Virus record (IMG/VR): IMGVR_UViG_2778261417_000005
Span: 1-15,692 of that record
Source: a virus
Taxonomy: Duplodnaviria; Heunggongvirae; Uroviricota; Caudoviricetes
Reading direction: 5' to 3' (one strand)
DNA length: 15,692 bases
Shown: one piece after another, positions 15,563 to 15,692 of the stretch
Layout of the letters: each line of letters starts with the position of its first letter
Numbering within the stretch: position 1 is the stretch's first letter
Position numbers and translations under genes: made by a program
The notes under the pieces: model-generated
Seen by the model: only the letters and a program-made list of their open reading frames with translations
Databases searched by the model: none
What the model was told of the DNA's origin: nothing

Positions 15563-15692
15563 GGTAATGACTCCAACTTACTGATAGTGTTTTATGTTCA
15601 GATAATGCCCGATGACTTTGTCATGCAGCTCCACCGATTTTGAGAACGACAGCGACTTCCGTCCCAGCCGTGCCAGGTGCTGCCTCAGATTC
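15563..15692 (-). mobile_element. IS1 insertion sequence, IRR-side 130 bp (element continues beyond the window end)
   Basis: GGTAATGACTCCAACTTACTGATAGTGTTTTATGTTCAGATAATGCCCGATGACTTTGTCATGCAGCTCCACCGATTTTGAGAACGACAGCGACTTCC… matches the IS1 right end as recalled, with one mismatch in the inverted repeat. Confidence 0.9.
15578..15692 (-). CDS. insB: IS1 transposase InsB, 3' end (partial; 5' part beyond the window)
   Basis: Minus-strand reading ends …[16 protein letters not shown] with TAA at plus 15578-15580, the recalled InsB C-terminus. Confidence 0.75.

Overview
This window reads as the E. coli gal–bio chromosomal region carrying the left part of a mosaic lambdoid prophage integrated at the lambda attachment site, with IS1 ends at both window edges. 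From the left: an IS1 end (1-77) truncating a ybhI-like transporter gene, then ybhJ (aconitase family), a REP/BIME repeat cluster, and ybhC (lipoprotein, minus strand). The lambda att core GCTTTTTTATACTAA with the P' arm (attL) sits at 4386-4473, followed by lambda-type int and xis, an AT-rich plus-strand membrane-protein gene, a TraR-like zinc-finger gene, small delta-region ORFs and exo-bet-gam. The immunity region is not lambda-like: a cI-type repressor with an S24 peptidase domain, a Cro/YdaS-like gene, and divergent promoters with repeated ATTGCTATT operator-like motifs. No N gene or nut sites are evident. Replication genes are an O-like initiator with five internal iterons and a lambda-type P, followed by a short ren-like ORF, a secreted-protein gene with its own terminator, and the second IS1 end (15563-15692). 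Three AT-rich accessory loci look like cargo. The strongest candidate for an undescribed system is the two-gene module at 10556-11274, which occupies the rexAB position downstream of the repressor. All homology statements rest on reading the translations and on recalled lambda/IS1/K-12 sequences; no database search was run.
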